This document shows, one piece after another, positions 52,125-60,926 of a stretch of 64,000 bases of DNA. The notes beneath the pieces were generated by a model. That model did no database searches, was not told the origin of the DNA, and was given only the letters and a program-made list of their open reading frames with translations. The DNA lies in the NCBI GenBank assembly GCA_021296095.1, contig JAGWBB010000002.1, positions 21,463 to 85,462 of the forward strand. The letters are read 5' to 3'. Numbering within the stretch: the stretch's first letter is position 1; every line of letters starts with the position of its first letter. The DNA is from Desulfurellaceae bacterium. GTDB lineage: Bacteria; Desulfobacterota; Binatia; Bin18. The translations under genes were made by a program, and so were the position numbers.

Positions 52125-52390
52125 ATGCGCCCTGTACGTGGCTCCTCGTGTTTTAGGGAGCTAATTGTAGCAAAAATGGACTACTTGACAATACTCATAT
52201 TTATGTAAAACTACAACTTTACAGATGTCGTTAGTTTGTACACCCAGAACGCATTGGAGGATGGTGAGCGAGCCCAGATTCTAAGCCTGAATGCAGCTCA
52301 TGTTTTTAAGTTTGCAATTCCTGCGCGCTGTCTGAAGCACGCAGGTGCAGCAGCCGTTGCCTCGGCAGTGGCGTATCGAGAGGAGAGCAC

Positions 52391-53209
52391 ATGGAGAACA
52401 ACAGGAGTCAGAAGGTCATTTTGATTACGGGCGCCTCTTCCGGCATCGGTAAGGAGTCAGCCAAACAGCTCGTCTCAAAAGGGTATCGCGTATACGCGGC
52501 AGCCCGGCGACTTGAGCAGATGCAAGATCTTGAAGCACTCGGATGCGCGACGATCAGGATGGACATCTCGAAAGAAGAAGAGGTGGAAGAAGTCGTCGGC
52601 AACATCTTGGACGAAGCAGGGACAGTTGATGTGCTCGTCAATAACGCAGGGTATGCAACCCAAGGGCCAGTCGAAGAAATGCCTTTGGAGGATGCCCGGG
52701 CAATCTTCGATGTCAACCTGTTCGGACTTGGGTACCTCACGAAGCTGGTCCTACCCGGCATGCGGGAACAGGGCGCAGGGAGGATCGTTAATATTGGCTC
52801 TGCAGGCGGGAAGGTCTATCTGCCTTTGAGTGCCTGGTATATCGCGTCCAAGCATGCATTGGAAGGCTGGAACGATTGCTTGCGCACGGAGTTAAAGCAA
52901 TTTGGGATTGACGTCGTGTTGATTGAACCCGGCGCCATTGCTACGGAGTTCAACGGTGTGGCCATGAGCTCCATATTAGAAAGATCGGGCGATGGCCCGT
53001 ACGGCAAGTTGGCCCATGCGTATGTCAATCTGGACGTACCAGAATCACATCCGTCCGTCATCGCGGATGTGATTGTGAAGGCGGTTGAGACAAAAAAGAC
53101 GAAATACCGCTACGTCGCTGGAAAGATGGCTAGGACAACGATCGGAATGCGGAAGTGGTTGGGGGACAAAGCGTACGACCGGCTTCTCGACACCATTTAC
53201 AAAGTGTAG
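52391..53209 (+). CDS. SDR-family short-chain oxidoreductase (transposon cargo)
   Basis: TGASSGIG cofactor motif, NNAG, and the Y-x3-K catalytic motif (YIASK). Confidence 0.85.
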   Translation: MENNRSQKVILITGASSGIGKESAKQLVSKGYRVYAAARRLEQMQDLEALGCATIRMDISKEEEVEEVVGNILDEAGTVDVLVNNAGYATQGPVEEMPLEDARAIFDVNLFGLGYLTKLVLPGMREQGAGRIVNIGSAGGKVYLPLSAWYIASKHALEGWNDCLRTELKQFGIDVVLIEPGAIATEFNGVAMSSILERSGDGPYGKLAHAYVNLDVPESHPSVIADVIVKAVETKKTKYRYVAGKMARTTIGMRKWLGDKAYDRLLDTIYKV

Positions 53210-53360
53210 ACATCCCTAGCTCTACGCTGAGGTCTCTCAACAAGGAATCAATCAATGAGCAATCGTACCGTTGGTTTCGTTGGTCTCGGCGCGATGGGTG
53301 AACCCATGGTCGCCCGGGAACAACGGTGCTCCTCATGCGCACGATAATCTCTTTTTGTGA

Positions 53361-53861
53361 GTGATGAACATGACACTATTGCATGCAAAATGGTTTCTGT
53401 CGCTATTGCTGCTGACTGTGGGGGGCTGTCATTCTGTGTATACAGAACTGACGATCCCAGCCGGTCCCGAAGAAATTTGGCCCATCTTAACAGATGCCCC
53501 GGGATATCAAGAGTGGAACCCGGTCTTTGTTCACGTCGAAGGTGAATACCGGGAAGGGGGAACGCTCCAATATCAGATGAAATCCCCTGACAGTGAACAA
53601 ATGGCTGTGCAGGCGACCGTGAAAAAATTGGTTCCCAACAAAGAGTTGAACCAATATGGCGGCTTTCCTGGAGTTTTGACCTTTAGCCACACCTATCTTC
53701 TGGAACCTGTCGATGGAGGGACTCGCGTCATTCAAAAGGAGGAATACCGCGGCATATGGGTGCCGTTTTGGGATTCGAGTTGGGTGGAGCCAGCCTATAA
53801 TAAAGTGAATGAAGCCCTCCAGGACAGGGTGGCGCAGTTGAAGGAGAATGGACGACCATAA
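53361..53861 (+). CDS. SRPBCC (Bet v1-like / polyketide-cyclase-like) protein with an N-terminal lipoprotein-type signal (transposon cargo)
   Basis: LLLTVGGC lipobox-like N-terminus and SRPBCC-like length and pattern. Confidence 0.6.
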   Translation: MMNMTLLHAKWFLSLLLLTVGGCHSVYTELTIPAGPEEIWPILTDAPGYQEWNPVFVHVEGEYREGGTLQYQMKSPDSEQMAVQATVKKLVPNKELNQYGGFPGVLTFSHTYLLEPVDGGTRVIQKEEYRGIWVPFWDSSWVEPAYNKVNEALQDRVAQLKENGRP

Positions 53862-53897
53862 CTACCGTGCCTCGGCAATCTGCATCACCTCCATCGT

Positions 53898-54455
53898 CTA
53901 CGGGGAGGCACTCGGTGCGCTGAGATAGCGATAGACACTGGCTTTGGAGAGTTGGTAGTCCGCCATTAAGATTTTAATGAGTGTTCCTTTCTTGCGTCGG
54001 CGTCGCAGTTCCGTGGTCTTTTGGGGAGTCAACTGCTTTTGCCGGCCGAAGTGCACGCCGCGCGCTTTGGCTTGCTGTATCCCATCCATCTGGCGCTCGG
54101 CCCGAATCTCCGTCTCAAACTGCGCAATGGCTCCCAACATATTGAACAGCAAGCGGCCGGTCGCATCACTGGTGTCGATATGCTGATCGAGGACCTGAAG
54201 ATGGACCTGTTTGCGAGCGAGCTCGTCGGCAATCTGACACAGATGCAGGGTCGAGCGCGCCAAGCGGTCTAAGCGCGTGACGACGAGTGTATCGCCTTCT
54301 CTTACGTACTCCAAGCAGGCGTGTAGCCGGGGCCGCTTGTGGGTCGCACCGCTCTTTTTCTCTTGAAAGAGTTTATCGCAGTGTTTGAGCTTCTCACGCT
54401 GAACGGCCAGACTTTGGCCTACTGAACTGACGCGCGCATACCCGACCAAGGCCAT
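53898..54455 (-). CDS. tnpR: Serine recombinase (Tn3-type resolvase TnpR)
   Basis: MALVGYARVSSVGQSLAVQ... catalytic Ser motif and C-terminal HTH. Confidence 0.85.
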   Translation of the reverse strand: MALVGYARVSSVGQSLAVQREKLKHCDKLFQEKKSGATHKRPRLHACLEYVREGDTLVVTRLDRLARSTLHLCQIADELARKQVHLQVLDQHIDTSDATGRLLFNMLGAIAQFETEIRAERQMDGIQQAKARGVHFGRQKQLTPQKTTELRRRRKKGTLIKILMADYQLSKASVYRYLSAPSASP

Positions 54456-54595
54456 CGCTTGACTCCTCGTGTTTCAGTATGTCTCAGGCTATGTGCGAAG
54501 GCCACAATGAGACATGAATTGAGACACGTCAAGAGCAGTGTCTTGGAAGGTCTACCTTTGGAGACGCTGCGCTCCCCTACAGAAAGGTCCTCTCT

Positions 54596-55330
54596 ATGCC
54601 CATGCCCGAACAGTTTTTACCCAACCGCAAGCGCACGCAGCCCATCTCCCTGCCTCACGACTTTTCCGACGAAGAGATGGACCGCGACTGGTTTTTATCC
54701 GCAAAGGATAAAACCGAGATCAACAAGTATTGGCGCAGCTTCCGATTGGGGATCGCCGTCCAGCTCTGCGCGGTCCGCTTATATGGGCGCTTCTTGACCG
54801 GTCTCCAAGACCTTTCGCCACGCATTCTTAACCACCCCGCCAGCCAGCTCGCGCTGCCTCCGACCCTCACGATTGAAGAACCCGAGCGAGAAGCGACGGC
54901 ATTGGAGCAGCGCAAGAATATCCTCCGCTATCTGGGCTTTCAGCGCTTCGATAACACCCGTCAAGCGCAGCTCCAGAGCTGGTTGGAAGAGCAGGCCAAA
55001 CAGTACCGTCATAAGCTGCCCCGCCGGGTGTTCTTTGCCGATCAAGGCGAATTCACCACCGGCGATTATGAGGCGCTCATGAACAAAGCCAGCTGCTTGA
55101 GTCTGGTGTCGAACGCCATCCTGTATTGGAATACGCTCAAGATTACGGACATTGTGGACCAGCTCAGACAGCAGGGGGAAGCAATTGAGGACGAGACCTT
55201 AGCGCATGTCTCGTTGTTGCCATTTAAGCATGTCCTGCCCAATGGCACCTATTTTTTTAACGACGACTATCCGAGGGCATTTGGCCAGAAAGGTACGGTT
55301 CTGACTCCAGGACGCCGCCCGAAACCGTAG
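54596..55330 (+). pseudogene. tnpA: Internally deleted Tn3-family transposase: DUF4158-like N-terminus fused to the extreme C-terminus, 244 aa against a full length of about 1000
   Basis: N-terminal RLGIAVQLCAVRLYGRFL and C-terminal SNAILYWNT ... LLPFKHV..NG.Y.F resemble the Tn3 TnpA termini. The stop lies inside IR-R. Confidence 0.65.
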
Positions 55331-55438
55331 GTTTCTGTTCAAATGCCCCCGCTGGTCCAAGGTCTCAAACAGCATCTTCCCTGCACTTGCACCTAGGTTT
55401 GATATCTTTTGTAAATTTCCTGGTCTGAGAGAGCTGTT

Positions 55439-55699
55439 TCATTGCTCCCAGCTCTCGAACATGTCTTCCAGCGTGTCGAAGGTTTCCACATCCTCCCCCG
55501 TGCGGCTTTTCTCAAGTGTCTGTTTTGTCAAGGCATTCGGAATCAGGATGGGAAACGGCAGGCCCCCATGCAGACAGATCTGGCGGTAAAAGAGCCGAAT
55601 TGCCTCAGTGGGGGTAAGACCGAGTTTTCGGAGTACACTTTCGGCCTGCTTCTTGGTCTGCGGCTCCACACGCGCATGGACGACGGCTGATTTATTCAT
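55439..55699 (-). CDS. RelB/DinJ-family antitoxin (orphan; no toxin gene downstream before the transposon IR-R)
   Basis: MNKSAVVHARVEPQTKKQAESVLRKLGLTPTEAIRLFYRQ. Confidence 0.7.
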   Translation of the reverse strand: MNKSAVVHARVEPQTKKQAESVLRKLGLTPTEAIRLFYRQICLHGGLPFPILIPNALTKQTLEKSRTGEDVETFDTLEDMFESWEQ

Positions 55700-55992
55700 G
55701 CGGTCCAGCGTGTCACACATGCAACACACCATCAAGCTTGTCCCATCGTCATTGACCCACCCCCGCCACCTTGACAATCCCTCTGCTTGCTCCAGGTTGT
55801 TCTGCTATAAGCGTCCAGGTTTCCACAGGATATACTCCTACAGAAAACGGAGATACCGTCGGCATCTCGTGTGTGACCGAGTTATGTCGCTCCAACAGTC
55901 ATCAGCGCGCACAGTACGGATACGAGATAGTGCGTTTAGCATCAATATCGTGACCGTTGTTCAGAGAGTACCATAGTGGTACCATCGGCGGG

Positions 55993-56196
55993 ATGCCGCC
56001 GAAAATTCGAGAGCTGATCAAAGACTTGGAAGCGGCTGGATTCGTCAACAGAGGCGGAAGAGGAAGCCACAGAAATTTCAAGCATCCACAAGGCGTTCGT
56101 ATCACCATCAGCGGCAGACTGGGGAGCGATGCCCAGGCGTACCAAGAGCGCGAGGTGAAGAGAGCCATAGACAGAGTCCGTCATGAAAAAGAGTGA
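55993..56196 (+). CDS. hicA: HicA toxin
   Basis: MPPKIRELIKDLEAAGFVNRGGRGSHRNFKHPQG. Confidence 0.8.
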   Translation: MPPKIRELIKDLEAAGFVNRGGRGSHRNFKHPQGVRITISGRLGSDAQAYQEREVKRAIDRVRHEKE

Positions 56197-56521
56197 TCGC
56201 TACCTGAAAATCGTCGAATGGTCCGACGAGGACCAGTGCTATATCGGAAGAGCCCCCGGCGTCATGCTGGGTGGGGTACACGGCCGGAATGAGGCCGAGG
56301 TGTACGCCGAACTGTGTACGGCCGTAGAAGAGTGGATACACATCCAGGAGACCGATGGCGACCCGCTCCCGCCCGAGACCGCAAACAAGACGTATTCGGG
56401 CAAATTCAACCTGCGGGTAGGCAAAGTCCTGCACCAACGGCTGGCCGTCGCTGCCCGCAAAGCCGACCAGAGCCTGAATGCATTTTGTGTCAAAGCCCTC
56501 GAAAAGGCGCTTGGCGGCTAG
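56183..56521 (+). CDS. hicB: HicB antitoxin
   Basis: HicB N-terminal RNase-H-like fold region (YIGRAPGV...GVHGRNEAEVYAEL) and a C-terminal DNA-binding tail. Confidence 0.75.
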   Translation: MKKSDRYLKIVEWSDEDQCYIGRAPGVMLGGVHGRNEAEVYAELCTAVEEWIHIQETDGDPLPPETANKTYSGKFNLRVGKVLHQRLAVAARKADQSLNAFCVKALEKALGG

Positions 56522-56577
56522 CAGCCTATTGATGAGAGTATACTCTTCAGAAGCTCTTTCTCGTTGCCTTATGGTCA

Positions 56578-56656
56578 GATTGCCCGCAACCTACGCATTC
56601 CGGGCGGCACGGACGAAATCCAGCGGGTGAATATTGCCAAGGCCCTGGGGTTGTGA
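56578..56656 (+). pseudogene. Duplicated 3'-terminal fragment of the acyl-CoA dehydrogenase gene (26 codons plus stop)
   Basis: About 95% identical to 50699-50777. The homology continues through the adjacent higA copy. Confidence 0.7.
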
Positions 56657-56675
56657 GGGCGGTCAGTCAGGTCGC

Positions 56676-56963
56676 TCACGTCACGCGAACCACTTCGATC
56701 TTCAAGCCCGTTGCCCGAACGACCGGAGCCAGGGTTGACCAGCGCGGGTTGCCCTTGGCCGACAGCACGCGATACAGACTTTCCCGGGGAATCCCCGCCC
56801 GTTTGGCAACCGTCGCCATGCCCTGCGCCTCGGCGACTTTTCGCAGCGCTTGCAGGAAGACCGCCGGCTCTTCGTCCTCTGCCGCCGCCGTCAAATACTC
56901 GGCGCTGAAACCGGGATCTTTGAGCTGTTCACGCAGCCACTCGTTGTGCTTCACCTTTTTCAT
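56676..56963 (-). CDS. higA: HigA-type addiction-module antidote protein
   Basis: Paralogue of 50797-51084. Lies downstream of higB. Confidence 0.75.
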   Translation of the reverse strand: MKKVKHNEWLREQLKDPGFSAEYLTAAAEDEEPAVFLQALRKVAEAQGMATVAKRAGIPRESLYRVLSAKGNPRWSTLAPVVRATGLKIEVVRVT

Positions 56964-56995
56964 GATCCCGTCGCTCACTTCCAGCTCACAGTACG

Positions 56996-57316
56996 TCACA
57001 GTCTTGACCGCCAGTCCTTCAATCGCGCCTTCGCCGCTGCAATGTCAGACTGTTGCGTCCCCTTGGTGCCACCACACAGCAGCAAAATGACGTGCTTCTG
57101 GGTCGTGGCAAAGTAGACGCGGTACCCAGGGCCATAATTAATCCGCAGTTCCATGACTCCACCCTTCACTGATCGACAGTCACCCAGCAAACCGAATTCG
57201 AGGCGTTCAACCCGCGCCGCGATCCGCGCTACTGCCCTCTGGTCTCGCAAGCTGCTCAGCCAGGCATCAATCAAATCTCGCCCGTCAGCATCGGTGTAGT
57301 GGAGAACTTCAGCCAT
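56996..57316 (-). CDS. higB: HigB/RelE-type addiction-module killer protein
   Basis: 106-aa RelE-fold protein (MELRINYGPGYRVYF...VILLLCGGTKGTQ). Confidence 0.75.
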   Translation of the reverse strand: MAEVLHYTDADGRDLIDAWLSSLRDQRAVARIAARVERLEFGLLGDCRSVKGGVMELRINYGPGYRVYFATTQKHVILLLCGGTKGTQQSDIAAAKARLKDWRSRL

Positions 57317-57377
57317 AGAAGTCTTGGAAACTGTAACTTATTCGTTACATATGTCAAGGCATTGTTATGGCTAGGTC

Positions 57378-57560
57378 CAGGAAGTCGATGGCGACCCGCT
57401 CCCGCCCGAGACCGTAAACAAGGCGTATTCGGGCAAATTCAACCTGCGGGTAGGCGAAGCCCTGCACCAACGGCTGGCCGTCGCTGCCCGCAAAGCCGAT
57501 CAGAGCCTGAACGCATTTTGTGTCAAAGCCCTCGAAAAGGCGCTTGGCGGCTAGCAGCCT
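57378..57560 (+). pseudogene. Duplicated 3' half of hicB (about 90% identical to 56350-56530)
   Basis: Clear nucleotide homology, including the stop and the trailing CTAGCAGCCT. Confidence 0.65.
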
Positions 57561-57604
57561 CCCGCCACCTTGACAATCCCCCGCCTGCCCCATACTGCGT
57601 CCGA

Positions 57605-58924
57605 ATGAAGACCTCCCCCGCGGCGACCAGGGAACTGGCCGCTCCCCCTCCCCCGGCTCCCGCACCGCGCATCTTTTACGGCTGGATCGTACTCGGCCTG
57701 GCCTTTACCGTCCTGTTTTTCGCCTACGGCATTCAGTTCACGTTCGGGGTGTTCATGCCGGCCATTGAGGCCGATACGGGCTGGGATCGGGCCAGCCTGT
57801 CCCTGCCCTATGCCCTGTATGTGTTCCTGTACAGCGCCCTGGGAGCCGCCAGCGGCTGGGCGACTGATCGCTGGGGGCCGCGGGTGGTGATCCTGAGCGG
57901 GGGATGTCTGCTGGGCGGTGGTATTCTGCTGACCAGCCAAGTGCAGGAGCTGTGGCAGCTGTATGTCAGCCTCGGGCTCATTGCCGCCATGGGCATGAGC
58001 GCAGCCTTTGTGCCGTGCAACTCCACGGTCGTACGCTGGTTCATACGGCGCCGGGGCCTGGCTCTGAGTATTTCAACCAGCGGCGGCAGCATGGGCAATT
58101 TCCTTTTTCCGCCGCTTGCCGCCGCCCTGATCGGCGCCTATGGCTGGCGTTCGGCGTATCTGATTCTGGGCAGTGTCGGCCTGACCGTCATCGGCCTGTG
58201 CGCGGTGTTCATCGTGCGCGATCCACAACAGCTGAACCTCCAGCCGGACGGCGCTGCCCCGGCGCCGGCACAGGAAGAGCCGCACCCCCATACCGTTTCC
58301 GGAGCGGGCTACACGCTCGCCGAGGCGCGCGGGACGCTTTCTTTCTGGCTACTGAACCTCGTGTTTACCCTGACCTGGCTGGTCGTGTTCATGCCGTTTA
58401 TTCACCTCGTTCCGTTTGCCATCGACCTGGGCGTGCCCCAGGTTGGGGCGGCCACGGTGATGAGTGTGATGGGTCTCGGCAGTCTGAGCGGCCGGCTGCT
58501 GAGCGGCGCCATCTCCGACCGCCTGGGACGCCTGCCGACCCTGGGCATCAGCCTGGCCCTGCAAATGCTGGCCTTTATCGGCTTTATGCTGAGCAGCGAT
58601 CTGCGCCTGCTGTACCCCAGCGCGCTGATCTTCGGCGTGGCCTACGGCGGGGCGGCCACCCTGTTTCCGGCCATTGTGGGAGATTTTTTTGGTCTGATAT
58701 CGGTCGGCGCGATTGTCGGTTTCATCTTTGCCGTTGCCGGCTCGACCGCCGCCTTCGGTCCCTATATCGCCGGCTACATCTATGACGCCAGCGGTTCGTA
58801 TACCACGGCTTTTCTGCTCGGAGCGGGGCTCAATCTGCTCGGTCTGGGGGTGCTCTTTTTTGTCAGAAAGCCGCCGGCCAAGGGGATCGCGCCAGCCCCT
58901 GCGGCAGCTGTTCACAGCAGGTGA
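57605..58924 (+). CDS. MFS transporter (OFA-like)
   Basis: 12-TM MFS pattern. The ORF is open upstream to 57299, but the hydrophobic start is at MKTSP. Confidence 0.8.
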   Translation: MKTSPAATRELAAPPPPAPAPRIFYGWIVLGLAFTVLFFAYGIQFTFGVFMPAIEADTGWDRASLSLPYALYVFLYSALGAASGWATDRWGPRVVILSGGCLLGGGILLTSQVQELWQLYVSLGLIAAMGMSAAFVPCNSTVVRWFIRRRGLALSISTSGGSMGNFLFPPLAAALIGAYGWRSAYLILGSVGLTVIGLCAVFIVRDPQQLNLQPDGAAPAPAQEEPHPHTVSGAGYTLAEARGTLSFWLLNLVFTLTWLVVFMPFIHLVPFAIDLGVPQVGAATVMSVMGLGSLSGRLLSGAISDRLGRLPTLGISLALQMLAFIGFMLSSDLRLLYPSALIFGVAYGGAATLFPAIVGDFFGLISVGAIVGFIFAVAGSTAAFGPYIAGYIYDASGSYTTAFLLGAGLNLLGLGVLFFVRKPPAKGIAPAPAAAVHSR

Positions 58925-58972
58925 GCCTTGCGTCGCTCTTGTTGTTTGCCGTCACTCAGGATATGGCACACC

Positions 58973-59038
58973 CCAAGTCCAGGCCAAGTCCAGGCCAAGT
59001 CCAGGCCAAGTCCAGGCCAAGTCCAGGCCAAGTCCAGG
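58973..59038. repeat. Six perfect tandem copies of the 11-mer CCAAGTCCAGG immediately upstream of the ribosome-binding site of the hydrolase gene
   Basis: Read directly in the sequence. The repeat is followed by CG AGGAGG AAGCC ATG. Confidence 0.9.
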
Positions 59039-59051
59039 CGAGGAGGAAGCC

Positions 59052-59855
59052 ATGCTACGTGCACGGGTGAACAGCGTCGAGTTAGTCTACGAGCTGAACG
59101 GCTCGGGCGAGCCCCTGGTCTTGATTCACGGGGCACAGAGTGACCGGAGTATTTTTGCCGGACTGCTGCCCAGCTTCACTGATCGGTTTCAGGTCTTGAG
59201 CTTTGATCAGCGCGGCTCGGGTCAGAGCGACAAGCCCGACATGGACTACACCATCGGCCTACTGGCCGATGACACCGCAGCCCTCATGGAGCAGGTCGGG
59301 TTCGATTCAGCCCATATCATCGGCGTGTCCATGGGCGGCATGATCGCCCAGGAGTTTGCGCTCCGCCACCCGGCCAAGGCGCGCAGTCTGGTCCTCGGCT
59401 GCACCACCCCCGGCGGTCCCCAGGCTGTCCCGCTGTCCGGCGAGGGCATCGCCAGCGCTTATTCCACCAAAGAGATGTCGGCCGAAGAGCGCGGCCGAGC
59501 CCTGGCCGAGGCAGCCTTCACCACGGGCTATATCGAGGCCCACCCGGAGGTCATCACGGCCATGATTGAGGCCCGCCGCAACCGGCCGATTGATACGGTC
59601 GGCTTTGGTCATCGGATGAAAGCCGCCTTCAGCCACGATACCTACGACCGCCTGCCCAACATCGCCTGCCCGACCCTGGTGCTGACCGGCAAACAGGACG
59701 CCCTGATCGCCTGGGAAAATTCCACCTTGCTGGCCGAACGGATTCCCGGCGCCGAGTGTGTGGTGCTGGAGCCGGCCGGGCATGTGTTCTGGATTGAACA
59801 GCCCGAGCAGTCGCGTCGGGCCATCCTGGATTTTTTGCACCACCACACCGCATGA
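59052..59855 (+). CDS. Alpha/beta-fold hydrolase
   Basis: HG oxyanion motif (LIHGAQSD) and GVSMGG nucleophile elbow. AGGAGG ribosome-binding site 5 nt upstream. Confidence 0.8.
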   Translation: MLRARVNSVELVYELNGSGEPLVLIHGAQSDRSIFAGLLPSFTDRFQVLSFDQRGSGQSDKPDMDYTIGLLADDTAALMEQVGFDSAHIIGVSMGGMIAQEFALRHPAKARSLVLGCTTPGGPQAVPLSGEGIASAYSTKEMSAEERGRALAEAAFTTGYIEAHPEVITAMIEARRNRPIDTVGFGHRMKAAFSHDTYDRLPNIACPTLVLTGKQDALIAWENSTLLAERIPGAECVVLEPAGHVFWIEQPEQSRRAILDFLHHHTA

Positions 59856-59865
59856 AGGACGCCAT

Positions 59866-60903
59866 ATGTCACAGCGACAGCTGACGAAAGACAGCCAGGC
59901 CCGCACCCTGCGCGGCTGGATGCTGGGTTTGCACGCCACCCATATCATCGACGTTGGCGGGCGGCTGGGCTATTTTTCGGCCCTCCGCCAGCGGGACGGC
60001 AGGGCAACCGCAGCCGAGTTGGCGACCGCCCACGACCTCGACCCGTGGCGTACTGCGGTGTGGTGTAAAGCCGCCTGCACGGTCGGTATTCTGCGGGCGA
60101 CCGACGAAACGGCTGACACCGCCTACAGTTTTGCGCCGTTCATGGACGAACTGCTGGCCGACAACGCGCCCGACCTGCTGACCTCGCACGTGCTGGCCAG
60201 CCTATCCCGCGACTATCCGGGCTATCCCGAGGCGTTTCGGACCGGGGCGACCAAGACCTTTCACGACCACGACGAGGACTTCTTCGCCCACCAGGGGCGG
60301 ATTTCGGCGCTGCGTGCCCCGCTTATACTGGCCGCCGCCCGGCAACTGCCCGGCGTCGAAGAGCGTCTGAGTGCGGGCGGCACGATCATGGATATCGGCT
60401 CGGGCAGCGGGACGGTCCTGGTCAGCTTTGCCGAAGCCTTTCCCGGCTGTCAGGTAATCGGCATCGAGCCCCTGCCGTATTTTGTCCACAGCTCACGCCA
60501 GCGCCTGGCAGAGCGGGGTCTGGCCCAGCGGGTCCGGGTTGAATCGGTCGGCGGCGAGGGGATGGACTTCGCGCAGACTGCCGATCTGATCACCATGGTC
60601 CAGGTCTTCCACGAGCTGCCGGATACGGAAAAAATCGCCATTCTGCACCGCTGCCATCACGCCCTCAAACCCGGCGGCAGCCTGCTGCTGGTCGACCGCT
60701 GCGCGCCGGAGAGCGCCCAGGACATTCAGGACCGGCGCTTCAGCATGAGCATCCTGGAGCAGTGGTTCGAGGTCACCTGGGGCAATATCGTCAACACCCG
60801 GAGCGAAATCCTGGCCATGCTGGGCCAGACAGGCTTCAGCGTCAGCCAGGAAAACCCCGACATGGTGCCGACCTATTGGTCGTTTGTGGCAAACAAGGGC
60901 TGA
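59866..60903 (+). CDS. SAM-dependent O-methyltransferase (class I; plant/bacterial OMT-like with an N-terminal dimerisation domain)
   Basis: MDIGSGSGT motif and OMT-like architecture. Confidence 0.75.
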   Translation: MSQRQLTKDSQARTLRGWMLGLHATHIIDVGGRLGYFSALRQRDGRATAAELATAHDLDPWRTAVWCKAACTVGILRATDETADTAYSFAPFMDELLADNAPDLLTSHVLASLSRDYPGYPEAFRTGATKTFHDHDEDFFAHQGRISALRAPLILAAARQLPGVEERLSAGGTIMDIGSGSGTVLVSFAEAFPGCQVIGIEPLPYFVHSSRQRLAERGLAQRVRVESVGGEGMDFAQTADLITMVQVFHELPDTEKIAILHRCHHALKPGGSLLLVDRCAPESAQDIQDRRFSMSILEQWFEVTWGNIVNTRSEILAMLGQTGFSVSQENPDMVPTYWSFVANKG

Positions 60904-60926
60904 GGGTTGGAGGCGGGGAGCGTCGT

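Larger units (their letters stand above)
51123..55359. mobile_element. Non-autonomous Tn3-family transposon (~4.2 kb) with 38-bp terminal inverted repeats TGGACCAGCGGGGGCATTTG(C/A)ACAGAAACCTACGGTTT
   Basis: IR-L is 51123-51160 and IR-R is 55322-55359, with 37/38 identity. The truncated tnpA terminates inside IR-R. tnpR and tnpA are divergent with a ~140-nt res-like spacer. The interior is AT-richer, with stretches below 45% GC. Confidence 0.75.

Noticed and set aside
57904-58785. 293-aa plus-strand ORF in an alternative frame
   Set aside because: It overlaps the MFS transporter gene out of frame. Arg/Pro-rich.
58973-59038. Possible CRISPR array
   Set aside because: 11-nt units with no spacers and no cas genes. 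It is a simple tandem repeat.
58713-59051. The upstream extension of ORF 58713..59855 translating the repeat as PQVQAKSRPSPGQVQAKSRPSPG
   Set aside because: The extension overlaps the MFS gene 3' end. A strong AGGAGG-ATG start at 59052 follows the repeat, so the repeat is most likely non-coding.
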